NCBI GenBank assembly: GCA_964016885.1
Contig: OZ024745.1
Location: forward strand, 20,522,001-20,586,000
Direction: 5' to 3'
From: Eledone cirrhosa
Taxonomy: Eukaryota
DNA: 64,000 nucleotides
Both the position numbers and the translations under genes were made by a program. The notes beneath the pieces were generated by a model, which was given only the letters and a program-made list of their open reading frames with translations, was not told the origin of the DNA and made no database searches. Position 1 is the first letter of the stretch, and every line of letters starts with the position of its first letter. This document shows positions 14,614 through 30,123 of the stretch, piece after piece.

Positions 14614-15214
14614 CATACATACATAAATACATAAATACATAAATACATACATACATACATACATACATAAATACATAAATACATACATACATGCATAAAT
14701 ATATACATACATACATACATTAATACATACTTACATACATCCACCAATCCATCCATCCATACATACATTCATATATTCATACATACATACATACATCCAT
14801 CCAACATACATACATACATAATGTACAATACGAGCATGCACATGTGCACACTAAAAACCATTTAAAAAGCCATACGTAATATTTAGCGATTAAATTATCA
14901 AAACTATTTTTCAGGCGCCTTTTCAAATCTTTATAACAGTAACAATGAAATTACATTGGTTTATATTCAATTACAAAAAAATCTTTATATTTCTCTCGCT
15001 TTCGTCCACCAATCTTTTCAACACTATTTCTTATATATTTTTTCTCTCTGTCCATTGTATATTTTAGTCATTTCTAGGCTTCGTTACTTCATATTCTCTT
15101 CTCTTATGTTTTTCCAGCCATTTTTCTTCGTGTATGTAATTACCTCGTTCTTTCTATCACCATATCTTTCTTTCTTTCTTCACCACTTGCAATATTCCTT
15201 CATTATTTATAATG

Positions 15215-17135
<1,921 letters not shown>

Positions 17136-17260
17136 TAGGAGGTGAGTTTTATTGTAGTACAATAAAGCAATGCAGATATCGGATAAGAAGCACTCTACAG
17201 TTTGTAGGACTGGAGTATGCATAATATAAGATCAAAAGATGGTTAAAGGAGTTCCATGTA

Positions 17261-17327
17261 TTTTATTATGCGCATTTCAAAAACAAACATCATCATGCAA
17301 TAATATTTGTGTTTTCATCAGATAAAA
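17261..17327 (-). ncRNA. Type I hammerhead ribozyme (left arm)
   Basis: Mirror of 22062-22128. Confidence 0.78.
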
Positions 17328-18331
17328 CAGGAGAACATGATATGAAGGCTAAAAAACACTTGTGGATAGTGCAGTTTTAAATCAACATATGAAAAGTGGT
17401 TTTAGATTGATGTGTGATATTGGGAAAAATATTTTATTTAGAGAGGGGGGGGGGTGGAAAGGATGAAAAGGGAAGGAGATGAGAGGGAGAGATGGGTGAT
17501 AGAGAGAAAGAGATAGTTTTTATAACTGAGAGGAGATATATTGTTTTACATAGAGAGGTTGAAAACCGTTGGAAGATAATGTATAAATTAAAAATTTGAA
17601 AATTAACGAAGGGAGGATATGTGCGAGAAAAAAATATTTTATTTAGGGAGGGGGGTGGAAAGGATGAAAAAAAGGGGGAGGAGATGAGAGTGAAGGTGGA
17701 GAGGGAGAGATGGGTGATAGAGAGAAAGAGATAGTTTTTATAACTGAGAAAAAGATATATTGTTTTAACATAGAGAGGTTGGGAACCGTTGGAAGATAAT
17801 GTATAAATTAAAGGAATTTGAAAATTAACGAAGGGAAATTATGTATGAAGATAGAGAGAAAAAAATAATAATTGTGGATGAATATTCTAACGTCAAAAAA
17901 AGAAATGTATGTATTGTGGCAATTTCAAAATTAACGAAGAGAAAAATTATTAAGGTTTGTGTGTAGAAGGATTTGAGAAAAATAATGTGAAGTTAAAGTT
18001 TGTATATTGAAGGAATTAATATATGCGAATAAAGAGTTGATATGTATTAATAATGAGTTCGTTGATGGGGAGAAAAAAATAATAAATTAGGGATGAAATT
18101 GAGATTAAAAAGATTTATGATAGAGAGAAAAAATAATAATGATTGCGGATGAATATTCTAACGTCAAAAACAACAACAAATGTATATGTTATGATAGAAT
18201 GAGGGTAATGAGTAAAACAAGTATTATAGAGTGTATAATGCCCTTTAAAGTAAGGTAGATGGGTATATTTTAAAGAGGTGTATGTATATGTGCCTTTGAG
18301 AAAAGATTCTAAATTAATAAAGAATTGAATA

Positions 18332-19437
18332 TTAACTGTATACTTTGTGAAAAGTTCTATGGAATTTATGCAGGCAGATAGAAAACAAATCTGAGCGTCT
18401 ATTTATTATAGAATCTAGGTTAGAGATAATGGTAAATTTTTCATTTAGGCAGAGATTACAGATTTTAGATAGAGAGCTGTTCAAGTATGAGGATGCAGAA
18501 GAAATCTTCTTCCAAAAGATGGTATATTTAATGTTTTTGTCTTTTAAGGACCATATGAGTTCTGAGAGAGCAGTGTTAGTTCTTTTAAGTTTGTATTTGA
18601 AAGATGAATGATGATTATAGAGACGAGCTTTAAAAGAGGTGGAAGTGGAGCCAAAATAGGTGAAGGAATTGGTGCTAGTTATAATTTTACATTCATAAAT
18701 TAAGTTTTTATCGAGACAATGGTTGTTGAGAGGACATTTATTTTTAATGCGGCAGTTGCAATTAGAGAGATTATTAATGAGTGATCTAGTGTTATCTATA
18801 GAAGGAATTGGATTGGAGAAGTTGTTTGCGATAGGAATAATAGGAATAATAGTTTCTTGATTTAGAGTTGGATTATGAACATTTAGCGAAGTTGTGTTTG
18901 ACGTTGTATTTGGGTTTACAGAAGTTAGCCTAGGGTTTACAATGACGTCGGGAGTACTATTACTGTTATTATGAAATTCAATATTGGAAGGAAGAGATTT
19001 AGTATTTAGTATTTTATTGTTGTGTTTAGAGATGATGTTGGAAATATTGGAGGATGTAGAATACGAAAATTTGATGGTGTGTTTGTTAAATATTTTACTA
19101 TAGATATGTGAGGGAGGGAAGCATTTATTTAAGGCACTAAAAAATAATTTAGGAATATTGTTATTAATAGAGATGGAGAAAGGAGCATTATACCAGATTA
19201 TGTTTTTGTATCTAGGTCTTTTATTAAAATTATTGGAATGGTCATGATTAATTATTCTACTGTAAGTTTTTCTAGAATTTGTTTCTTTACTGTATTTGAT
19301 TTTATCTGGATAGCCGGCTTTAGAAAGTGCGTTATTATAGTAATTGGCATTAGCATCAAATATGTTTTTATTAGAAGATATGTTAGATATTCTATTTCCA
19401 ATATTATTAACTATAGCATTCTTGATATTGGTAGGAT
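18332..19437 (-). pseudogene. Inverted copy of the 3' part of the PLE ORF (thumb, Zn linker, GIY-YIG)
   Basis: Reverse complement of 19951-21056. Confidence 0.88.
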
Positions 19438-21056
19438 TTGATATTGCCAGCTACTATTCCTCCATTTCGCCTTCACTTCTCAATAATGCTCTATCTTTCG
19501 CACTTAAATATTCTGACATCACCACAGATGAACTTCACATCATCCTCACCGCACGTAAAACCATCCTAGAGTTCAACAACGAATATTGGACCAGAGCTGA
19601 TACCTCTAACAACTTCGACATCACAATGGGAGCATCCGATTCATCCCAATTGACTGATTTAATTGGTATCTTCATTTTGAACTCTTTGAGTCGGAAAATT
19701 CCTCAACTTCGCGGTGGAATTTATCGTGATGATGGACTCTTTACTATCCTAAATTGCAATACAGTTAACCTTAATATTATTAAGAACAATATACGTAATC
19801 TCTTTAACCAACATAACCTAAAAATTGAATTTGATAATAGTATCAAACTAGCTAATTTCTTGGATGTATCTCTTAATCTTGACACTGGCCTATATTACCC
19901 TTACCATAAAAACAATGAGAACCTTAATTATGTTAACTTTAAATCTAACCATCCTACCAATATCAAGAATGCTATAGTTAATAATATTGGAAATAGAATA
20001 TCTAACATATCTTCTAATAAAAACATCTTTGATGCTAATGCCAATTACTATAATAACGCACTTTCTAAAGCCGGCTATCCAGATAAAATCAAATACAGTA
20101 AAGAAACAAATTCTAGAAAAACTTACAGTAGAATAATTAATCATGACCATTCCAATAATTTTAATAAAAGACCTAGATACAAAAACATAATCTGGTATAA
20201 TGCTCCTTTCTCCATCTCTATTAATAACAATATTCCTAAATTATTTTTTAGTGCCTTAAATAAATGCTTCCCTCCCTCACATATCTATAGTAAAATATTT
20301 AACAAACACACCATCAAATTTTCGTATTCTACATCCTCCAATATTTCCAACATCATCTCTAAACACAACAATAAAATACTAAATACTAAATCTCTTCCTT
20401 CCAATATTGAATTTCATAATAACAGTAATAGTACTCCCGACGTCATTGTAAACCCTAGGCTAACTTCTGTAAACCCAAATACAACGTCAAACACAACTTC
20501 GCTAAATGTTCATAATCCAACTCTAAATCAAGAAACTATTATTCCTATTATTCCTATCGCAAACAACTTCTCCAATCCAATTCCTTCTATAGATAACACT
20601 AGATCACTCATTAATAATCTCTCTAATTGCAACTGCCGCATTAAAAATAAATGTCCTCTCAACAACCATTGTCTCGATAAAAACTTAATTTATGAATGTA
20701 AAATTATAACTAGCACCAATTCCTTCACCTATTTTGGCTCCACTTCCACCTCTTTTAAAGCTCGTCTCTATAATCATCATTCATCTTTCAAATACAAACT
20801 TAAAAGAACTAACACTGCTCTCTCAGAACTCATATGGTCCTTAAAAGACAAAAACATTAAATATACCATCTTTTGGAAGAAGATTTCTTCTGCATCCTCA
20901 TACTTGAACAGCTCTCTATCTAAAATCTGTAATCTCTGCCTAAATGAAAAATTTACCATTATCTCTAACCTAGATTCTATAATAAATAGACGCTCAGATT
21001 TGTTTTCTATCTGCCTGCATAAATTCCATAGAACTTTTCACAAAGTATACAGTTAA
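19437..21056 (+). pseudogene. 5'-truncated but uninterrupted PLE RT + GIY-YIG ORF
   Basis: FDIASYYSSI, DITMGASDSSQLTDLIG, IYRDDG, NFLDV, SNHP, CNCRIKNKCPLNNHC (CxCx5Cx5C), LIYEC..YFG..R..H, CNLC..C.H; the first 31 aa of the listed ORF come from the inverted arm. Confidence 0.92.
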
Positions 21057-22061
21057 TATTCAATTCTTTATTAATTTAGAATCTTTTCTCAAAGGCACAT
21101 ATACATACACCTCTTTAAAATATACCCATCTACCTTACTTTAAAGGGCATTATACACTCTATAATACTTGTTTTACTCATTACCCTCATTCTATCATAAC
21201 ATATACATTTGTTGTTGTTTTTGACGTTAGAATATTCATCCGCAATCATTATTATTTTTTCTCTCTATCATAAATCTTTTTAATCTCAATTTCATCCCTA
21301 ATTTATTATTTTTTTCTCCCCATCAACGAACTCATTATTAATACATATCAACTCTTTATTCGCATATATTAATTCCTTCAATATACAAACTTTAACTTCA
21401 CATTATTTTTCTCAAATCCTTCTACACACAAACCTTAATAATTTTTCTCTTCGTTAATTTTGAAATTGCCACAATACATACATTTCTTTTTTTGACGTTA
21501 GAATATTCATCCACAATTATTATTTTTTTCTCTCTATCTTCATACATAATTTCCCTTCGTTAATTTTCAAATTCCTTTAATTTATACATTATCTTCCAAC
21601 GGTTCCCAACCTCTCTATGTTAAAACAATATATCTTTTTCTCAGTTATAAAAACTATCTCTTTCTCTCTATCACCCATCTCTCCCTCTCCACCTTCACTC
21701 TCATCTCCTCCCCCTTTTTTTCATCCTTTCCACCCCCCTCCCTAAATAAAATATTTTTTTCTCGCACATATCCTCCCTTCGTTAATTTTCAAATTTTTAA
21801 TTTATACATTATCTTCCAACGGTTTTCAACCTCTCTATGTAAAACAATATATCTCCTCTCAGTTATAAAAACTATCTCTTTCTCTCTATCACCCATCTCT
21901 CCCTCTCATCTCCTTCCCTTTTCATCCTTTCCACCCCCCCCCCCTCTCTAAATAAAATATTTTTCCCAATATCACACATCAATCTAAAACCACTTTTCAT
22001 ATGTTGATTTAAAACTGCACTATCCACAAGTGTTTTTTAGCCTTCATATCATGTTCTCCTG

Positions 22062-22128
22062 TTTTATCTGATGAAAACACAAATATTATTGCATGATGAT
22101 GTTTGTTTTTGAAATGCGCATAATAAAA
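22062..22128 (+). ncRNA. Type I hammerhead ribozyme
   Basis: ttttat-CTGATGA-long AT-rich stem II-GAAA-tgcgca-TA-ataaaa; palindromic ATGCGCAT stem III as in dimer-acting PLE hammerheads. Confidence 0.8.
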
Positions 22129-22925
22129 TACATGGAACTCCTTTAACCATCTTTTGATGTTATATTATATATATATATATATACATTTGGATCTCGTGAT
22201 TCACAACTGGCTGGAACTAGTCATTCTACAGTTAACCATGATATAATATAAGGAAAAATATTTGACGTTATACAACTCATCCATCTTTGATGTTGAAACC
22301 CGTTCGTTGATTCACACACATATATAAGTATGTATATGTACACATCTATATCTATATGTACATATGTATATGTATATGTACAGATGTATATCTATATGTA
22401 CATATTATATGTATGTATACATATGTATATTTATATGAACGTATTTATATGTATATGTATATTACATATGTATATGTATATTTACATACGTATATGTATA
22501 TGTACATATTGTATGTATGTATACATATGTATATCTATATGTACGTATGTATATGTATATGTACATATGTATATGTATATTTCATATGTATATGTCTATG
22601 TACGTATGTATATATATATGTACATATGTATATGTATATGCACATATGTACATATGTATATGTATATGTACATATGTATATGTATATTTATATGTACATA
22701 TGTATATGTATATGTGCATATGTATATATATATATAGATATGTATACGTATATGTACATATCTATATCTATATATACATATGTATACAGATATATACATA
22801 TGTATACATATATATACATATGTATATATACATATGTATACAGATATATACATATGTATACATATATATACATATGTATATATACATATGTATATGTATA
22901 TATATATACATATGTATATGTATAT

Positions 22926-23117
22926 GAGATGACTATCTCATCATCTTCTCACTCTTCTATAGCTTTCTGCTTTTTTCTTTCATCATTCATCCTATCATGT
23001 GATGAACGACCAGCATCTGACACGTTGAGACTATTTTCCTACTACATCAAGCGTTAACTAATATATATTTTCTTTGTACTGTATTGTTTGGAGTATTGTT
23101 TATCCGTTTACCTTTTG
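22926..23117 (+). mobile_element. Decayed copy of the (CA)n-tailed PLE-like family
   Basis: ACGTTGAGAC..ATCAAGCGTTAAC..TTACCTTTT then (CA)n, as at 45895-46112. Confidence 0.6.
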
Positions 23118-23282
23118 CACACACACACACACACGCGCACACACACACACACACTTATATATACAAATATATATATGGGTGTAAGTAGTGACAAGCAGCA
23201 CAGTATTTTGTAAATATCAACCATTTGTTCGATGAGAGAGAGAGCGAGAGAGCGAGAGAGGGAGAGAGGGAGATAGATAGGT

Positions 23283-23316
<34 letters not shown>

Positions 23317-23403
23317 ATAGAGAGAGAGAGGGATAGATAGATAGAGAGAGAATGAGGAAGAAAGAAAGAGCGAGGACAATGAGAAGAAAGAGACAAAGTA
23401 ACA

Positions 23404-23476
<73 letters not shown>

Positions 23477-23535
23477 ATATATATATGTATATATAAGTAT
23501 GTATATATATATATGTATATATAAGTATAAGTATG

Positions 23536-23570
<35 letters not shown>

Positions 23571-23644
23571 GTATATATATGTATATATATATATATATAT
23601 ATATAAGCATGCACCTACACACACTCATACATATGTGCATATAC

Positions 23645-23711
<67 letters not shown>

Positions 23712-24449
23712 TGAGAGAGTGAGTAAGAGAATGGGTGAGAGAGAGAGACAGTATGAAAGTCATGGGAATGTTTCGCTTTAAAGCTTTGAGCAAGTTTACT
23801 TCCGGAAAAGAAGAGCAATATTTATGTGTGTACATGTTTAAGTGTGTGTGTATTTGCATGTATGTGTATGTGTATATGTGTGTATGTGTGTATATGTATG
23901 TACGTGTGTGTGTGTATGTATGTGTATGTGTGTATGTGTGTATGTGTGTGTAAGCATGTATGTACGTGTGTGTGTGTATGTATGTGTATGTGTATGTATG
24001 TGTATATGTGTGTAAGTGTGTATATGTGTGTATGTGTGTATAATATGTGTGTATGTATGTACGTGTGTGTGTGTACGTATATGTATGTGTATGTATGCGT
24101 GCGATGTTAAATGCTTGCTTGACTGAGAATAAACACCAATATATTTATCAAAAGGTCAGTGAAATAGATTAAACAGTAGACTATTTAAAATAGTTTCCTG
24201 TGTTCTCTGTGTATTGTGGAAGGCGACAAAATCAAAGCCACACAATATTCAAATGTAACCCCGTTTCATCGCCAGTTAGTTCTCTTTTTCTTCTCTTTAT
24301 CGTCGCCATTTTAATAGCAATATATGCAGCTAGTTTCGAAATAAAATTTTGTCGATGATTTGTACAATGAGATTTCACCGCTCATTTTTGTTTTGTCTTT
24401 CCTTTCAGTGCCATTTTGTTGAAATCTTTTCTCCTTTTCATATGTTATT

Positions 24450-24524
<75 letters not shown>

Positions 24525-24935
24525 TTATTATCTGTTTTTGACTGTTTCTTTGTTTGTTTTGTTCATTACTTAAGTCGGTTACATTCTTTGCTCGCTTCCT
24601 TTTCGATGAATCTACAATGCACTGTTTGAACTGCTTCGTAATCTGAACAAGACTTCAGACGCTACAATGTAAATAAGAACTTTATTGTTATCGTGAAAGT
24701 GACAACAAACGAAACTGCTTCCACCAACGAAGACAACAATAGCAACTACAAATAACCCAAGCAATCATACAATGCTATCCTGCTCTCCTTTCTTTTTTTG
24801 CCATCTTTTCAACGGCATTTTTACATGGCTTTATGCACTCTCATGTTTACTCTCACTCTCTCTTTCTGCTCCTTCCTATCTCTCTACATTCCCTTCTCTC
24901 ACCTGCTCTTCCCCACTCTATCTTTATTATCTACT

Positions 24936-24970
<35 letters not shown>

Positions 24971-25034
24971 AACGCACACACACACACACACGCGCGCATA
25001 TATATATATATATACATATATATGTGTGTGTATG

Positions 25035-25066
<32 letters not shown>

Positions 25067-25072
25067 TATATG

Positions 25073-25117
<45 letters not shown>

Positions 25118-25121
<4 letters not shown>

Positions 25122-25316
25122 AAAAAATATGATCCCGACGGCAGAGCTCAATCCGTTTCGACGGCTATTTATGGACTCAGTCCAGAAATAGCCCTCGAAA
25201 CGGTTGAGCTCTGCCGTCGGGGTCATACTTTTTCCTATTTCCCACTCAACTACCCTAAGTATTGAGTACTCTGGTGTATTATGGTCCATCTGGTTCCTTA
25301 CCACAATTCCTTTGTT
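25118..25316 (+). mobile_element. Short PLE fold-back remnant, relative of the 52511-56440 family
   Basis: Inverted arms centred near 25178 carrying the 3' half of the ribozyme; tail similar to 56360-56440; (TA)n both sides. Confidence 0.85.
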
Positions 25317-26209
25317 ATATATATATATATATATATGCGCACGTGTGTGTGTGTGCGTTTGTGTGTGTGAAAGAACATCAGAATGGTTATAGTAAGAACT
25401 ATTATGTGTAAGAAAGAGAGAACACAGTTTGTTGTAGACTGGGCTTTATTGCGGGAAGTGAGGACCGGTTTAAAACATGACCGACATTTTCAGTGTGTTA
25501 AAATCTAAGAAATGCCGGTGGTATCAATAGGAAAGGAAGTTGACTCGGAGGTATATGATGTTGGTAATATGGATGAGCTGTGTTTTCATATGATTTGTCT
25601 AAATGTAGAGTGTTATCATGTTGTGGTGTAGGCATCAGTGAGTGTGTCCTAATCATTTCAAGCTGTATAAATCTGTTCGTCAAAACTGTTGTTGCAGCTT
25701 CAGGAAATATAACTAAAAAAAACAAAAAAAAAACAAAAAAAAAAACAAAAAAAAGAACTGTTCAAGATGTAAGCTATTAAAATATTCAAAGAAACGAACG
25801 GTAGAAAAGATGGAATGATTTGTTGTTAGAATTTGAAAGTAATTTTGAAAAAGTCTACAGTTAGATTTTATGTTAAATGTTGTTTACCAATTCTATTTTG
25901 TCACACAGAAGGATCGAACCTGGTCAATATATGTGTATGTGTAGGTGTAAATATATGGGATGTTCTGCGGTGGAATAATGTGATAATTAGAAATTTGACA
26001 TATCTGGTGAAGCATTCTTCTTCTTCTTCTTCTTCTTCTTCTTCTTCTTCTTCTTCTTCTTCTTTTTCTTCTTCTTCTTCTTCTTCTTCTCCCCCCCTCC
26101 CCCTCCTCCTCCTCCTCCTCCTCTTCTTCTTCTTCTTCTTCTTCTTCTTCTTCTTCTTCTTCTTCTTCTTCTTCTTCTTCTTCTTCTTCTTCTTCTTCTT
26201 CTTCTTCTT

Positions 26210-26480
26210 CCGATCCCACCTTCGCCAGTGATACTACTTCTAACTCAGCTGCGCATGTCAATCCTGTCCATGAAGATTATGAACCGGAGAGGTGACAGTA
26301 CGAATCCTAGGGAGATTCGTGAGAGTCCTCAAACATTCATTCCAAGCGAGACCAGCCAAGCTCATAGATGTTATCCAACCATCTTGCTCGGAGTTTACCC
26401 TTAGGTCTCCTGTTGGTTGGTTTTGCTCGTAAAATCTATGCAACATTTCTTTCCTGAGACATTCTAACCAAATGCCCAAA
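26210..26480 (-). mobile_element. RTE-like LINE fragments
   Basis: 26211-26310 matches 35980-36080 (RT region); remainder resembles the RTE C-terminal RP.GRP..RW segment. Confidence 0.55.
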
Positions 26481-26689
26481 TTAAAAATGCTTCATAAAAA
26501 TTCACAATAAAAGCAATGTATTATATAACCCCAGATCAGGTCTGATCTGAAATGAAACAACGTTGTTAAATTCATGGAATTATGGAAATAGAATCGGACT
26601 AGATATGTCAAGAATATGAATGACAAGAGGTGACCGACAAAAACAAACTAAACAACATACTGAGATACGACTTTGACATCTATTATGCA

Positions 26690-26995
26690 GTATTGGTAGA
26701 GGGTGGGACGCCATGCTTTGCAGCAAAGAGTTACGGCCCTTTATAGTCTGAGTTTAAATCCCACCGAAGGTAACTTTGCCTTTCATCCTTACGGGGTCGA
26801 TAAAATAAAGTACCAGTAATACACTGGCATAATTGCTGGCCTTGTGCCAAAAGTAGAAACAATTATTAGATAATATTGTTTGGTCCTTGTAAAGAAAGGT
26901 CGGTAGATAGGCAGTTTCGGTAGAGCGACGGATGACATGCTTCGTGGCATAGAGTTGCGACCTTTTACGTACTAATTTCAAATTCTGCGGAGGTC
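26690..26995 (+). mobile_element. tRNA-derived SINE (OK/OR-like), one copy plus a partial head
   Basis: TCTGAGTTTAAATCCCACC..AACTTTGCCTTTCATCCTTACGGGGTCGATAAAATAAAGTACCAG. Confidence 0.75.
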
Positions 26996-27180
26996 AGATA
27001 ATAGAACGTACCAAATTAGAGATCGATTCATAGGGTGGTATAAATGTGTTTTGGAGACGATGGTAGTCAAGGATGAAGATTAAGTAAATTCTAAAGAGAT
27101 TCAGTGTTATGCCAATGGAGGTGGTAGAAGTTGTAAAGATTGATGGGGTGAATGGTGTTTGGAGCATATAAATGTGGGTT

Positions 27181-27230
<50 letters not shown>

Positions 27231-27231
27231 C

Positions 27232-27274
<43 letters not shown>

Positions 27275-27355
27275 TACATATATATATATATGTATATATA
27301 TATAGTAATAATAATAAATTTGAAGACTAAAATCTAAAGAGGGCTCGATAAGGTT

Positions 27356-27425
27356 AGTTTCAGAAGATCCTGTTAAGGGTGAAAGCAGCGATTCTTTGCT
27401 TAAACTTTAATCTGTTATCTTAATA
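27356..27425 (+). ncRNA. Degenerate hammerhead-containing PLE end (same family as 36268-36377)
   Basis: agttt-CAGAAGA(core mismatch)-tcct..agggt-GAAA-gca..tgc-TT-aaact. Confidence 0.5.
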
Positions 27426-27433
27426 TATATATT

Positions 27434-27470
<37 letters not shown>

Positions 27471-27581
27471 TTGTGTGTGTGTGAGTGTGTGTACGTGTGT
27501 GGCATACGCCCCCATACACACCTACAAACAAACATCTCTCCTTCTCTCACTCTTTCACACACACACACTCTCTCACCCCCC

Positions 27582-27614
<33 letters not shown>

Positions 27615-27629
27615 AAGGAACGATCGACT

Positions 27630-27835
27630 TTCGTCAAATCGGACCGAGGGAACAATGTTTCCGTTGGTCTTTCCAATTGCTAATACTATCTATCGGTCGC
27701 AACTCCAGGTAGAAGGAGCAACGTGAAATAAAGTGTCTTGCTCAAGGACATAAACGCATCGCCCGGTCCAGGAATCGAACTCACAACCTTACGATTGCGA
27801 ATACAATTCTATAACCACTCAGCCACACGCCTTTA
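27630..27835 (-). mobile_element. tRNA-derived SINE (second family)
   Basis: GAGCAACGTGAAATAAAGTGTCTTGCTCAAGG..GGAATCGAACTC. Confidence 0.78.
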
Positions 27836-27862
27836 CTCTCTCTCTCTCTATATATATATATA

Positions 27863-28064
27863 GCGAGGGAAAAGTGGTAAGGAACCAGGTGGACCATAAC
27901 GCACCAAAGTACTCAATACTTAGGGTAGTAGAGTGGGTAATAGGAGTAAGTAAGACCCCGACGGCTGAGCTCAAGCCGTTTCGACGGCTAATTCTGTACG
28001 GCTAATTCAGTACAGAATTAGCCGTCGAAACGGCTTGAGCTCAGCCGTCGGGGTCTTACTTACT

Positions 28065-28068
<4 letters not shown>
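27863..28068 (-). mobile_element. Short PLE fold-back remnant, 52511-56440 family
   Basis: Arms about 27940-27999 and 28010-28068; tail 27863-27939 nearly identical to the pLTR tail; (TA)n both sides. Confidence 0.88.
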
Positions 28069-28132
<64 letters not shown>

Positions 28133-28369
28133 ATGTATGTGTGTGTGAATAAAATCATGTAAAATACATATCTCAGCATATTCTCATCACACGTATCAAT
28201 ATTTATAATAAACACGTTTACACACACACACACCCACACACACCCATGCATGCGTTCGTGCTGATATATGTGTCTGTTCGTCTGTTTCAATGTAGGCATT
28301 TCCGCTCATATATACTTTATTAGAAAAGGTTACGTGAACTGTTTTTCCTAGCAAAAACACGAAACAAGT

Positions 28370-28383
28370 GCAGCAGCAGCAGC

Positions 28384-28449
<66 letters not shown>

Positions 28450-28593
28450 AACAACGATAACAATAACAACAATAAAAACAACAGAAAGAGCAACAACAAC
28501 AATAATAATATTAACAACAAACAGTGTGTGAATAACAACAGCTCGATCTGAACAATACAATGATATCAACTGCAAAATAAGTAAATAAATGAA

Positions 28594-28628
<35 letters not shown>

Positions 28629-28890
28629 AAAACACCAACAGTAACAACATTCATGATAGTGATAACAACAACAACAACAACGCCAACAACACCACCACTA
28701 ACAACGCCGTCACCACCACCACCAACAACAATGCCAACAAAACCACCACCACCAACAACAACAACAACAAAAACACCACCACCAACAACAACAACAAAAA
28801 CACCACCAGCAAAAACGATGCCAACAACAACAACAACAACAAAACTACCACCAACAATGCCAACAACAACAACAACAATGCCAAGAACAG
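28370..28890. repeat. (CAA)n/(CCA)n and (TAAA)n simple repeats
   Basis: Direct inspection. Confidence 0.9.
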
Positions 28891-29921
28891 CTTCACAATT
28901 TTACAATCTCTGGATATAAGAAAGGACGTTTGACTTCCTAAAAATATCTTTTATAACGTCGTTCTCGTTTGTACACTTTTCAACATCTTTGCTATTGTAT
29001 TCAATAAAATATATGATTTGTTTGTTGAGGAATTGAAATGGAACTATTATTAGTTTTCTTTTATTAATGATTGTATCCACGGTGTTGGGGTTGACAGCTA
29101 GAAATACTTACTTTTGGATATTGGCTCTTCTAAACAATGTAACATTTTATATTATGGGTGAAACAGGCTTTTTTTTGTATTGTAATCATTTCAGTTCAAT
29201 CACGTTTTCATATTGTTTGATCCTTGTATAATGAATATTACTGGTATCTCACTTATTTTCCTTCACAATTTTGAAAGTTCCAAATTAATGTTAGATACGT
29301 TAATACGAAGTGTTGTAGTAAAAGACCGTTAGATTATTTTAAAGCTGGTACAATGTTAGAATATTGATATGCTAGTTTGTGTGTCGTTATAGTATTATTT
29401 TGACATACTCAAATATCGATCAATCGAATCGTTTACCGAGTAGGGTGGAATTCGTCAAATCGGATCAAGGAAACAATATTTCCACTGCTGTCTTTCCATT
29501 GCTGATACTACCTAGCGGTATGTGTTAGTGTATTTTAAACATACTCATGTATAGTGTTTAATCCCAAACACACACCAAACGTACTTAAACATTAAAAGTA
29601 ACAGTTAAATAAAAGCAAAAACCACATATAAAGTGTACAAAAAATTAGGACCATCTTTATGTTTAAAGTGAAAACTAAAACTTTCTGCAAGTGTCACCCA
29701 TGGCGGGGCGACTTCTGTTCCACCCACTAGCCACGTCCAATTTAAAGCCCTAGACATTTAAAAGGTCGACACGTATGATATAAAACTGAGAAAGTGGTCA
29801 TCCAGCATGACATTAATCATGAATCTAAAAGAAATGAACAAACCTTTGATTTCCAATGTTGATTTAAACTTCGTATATTGATTTCTGTAATAACTGTTTA
29901 TTTCGGTGGGTTTCTTGTCTA

Positions 29922-30123
29922 CGTGGGTCAGCTGAAAGGTTCCAGGCTGACCAAAATACTAAAAAAAAGGTATTGTGTATATTGACTATCTTCATAAGTG
30001 GAGAAGACATGTCAACCTACTGAGGCAGTTTCGAAAGGCTATCAAGACTAAATACCCTGGAAAACTGACAAAAGGAGTCTTGTTTCATCAGAACAATGCT
30101 ATAAACTTTTCAGCTGACCCTCG
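29922..30123 (+). mobile_element. Internally deleted mariner transposon with transposase remnant
   Basis: TA-flanked TIRs CGTGGGTCAGCTGAAAGGTT / AACTTTTCAGCTGACCCTCG; KGIVYIDYL..LLRQFRKAIKTKYPGKLTKGVLFHQNNA (compare mariner HQDNA). Confidence 0.85.

Larger units (their letters stand above)
17137..22168. mobile_element. Naiad-type PLE, 5'-truncated, as a 5-kb fold-back insertion in (TA)n
   Basis: Arms 17221-19437 and 19951-22168 are near-identical reverse complements; 513-bp spacer is extra RT sequence; tail 17137-17220 on one side only. Confidence 0.92.

Noticed and set aside
19344-19436. Signal-peptide-like N-terminus on the RT ORF as a domesticated gene
   Set aside because: It is antisense sequence from the inverted arm; near-identical arms indicate a recent junction, with no sign of selection
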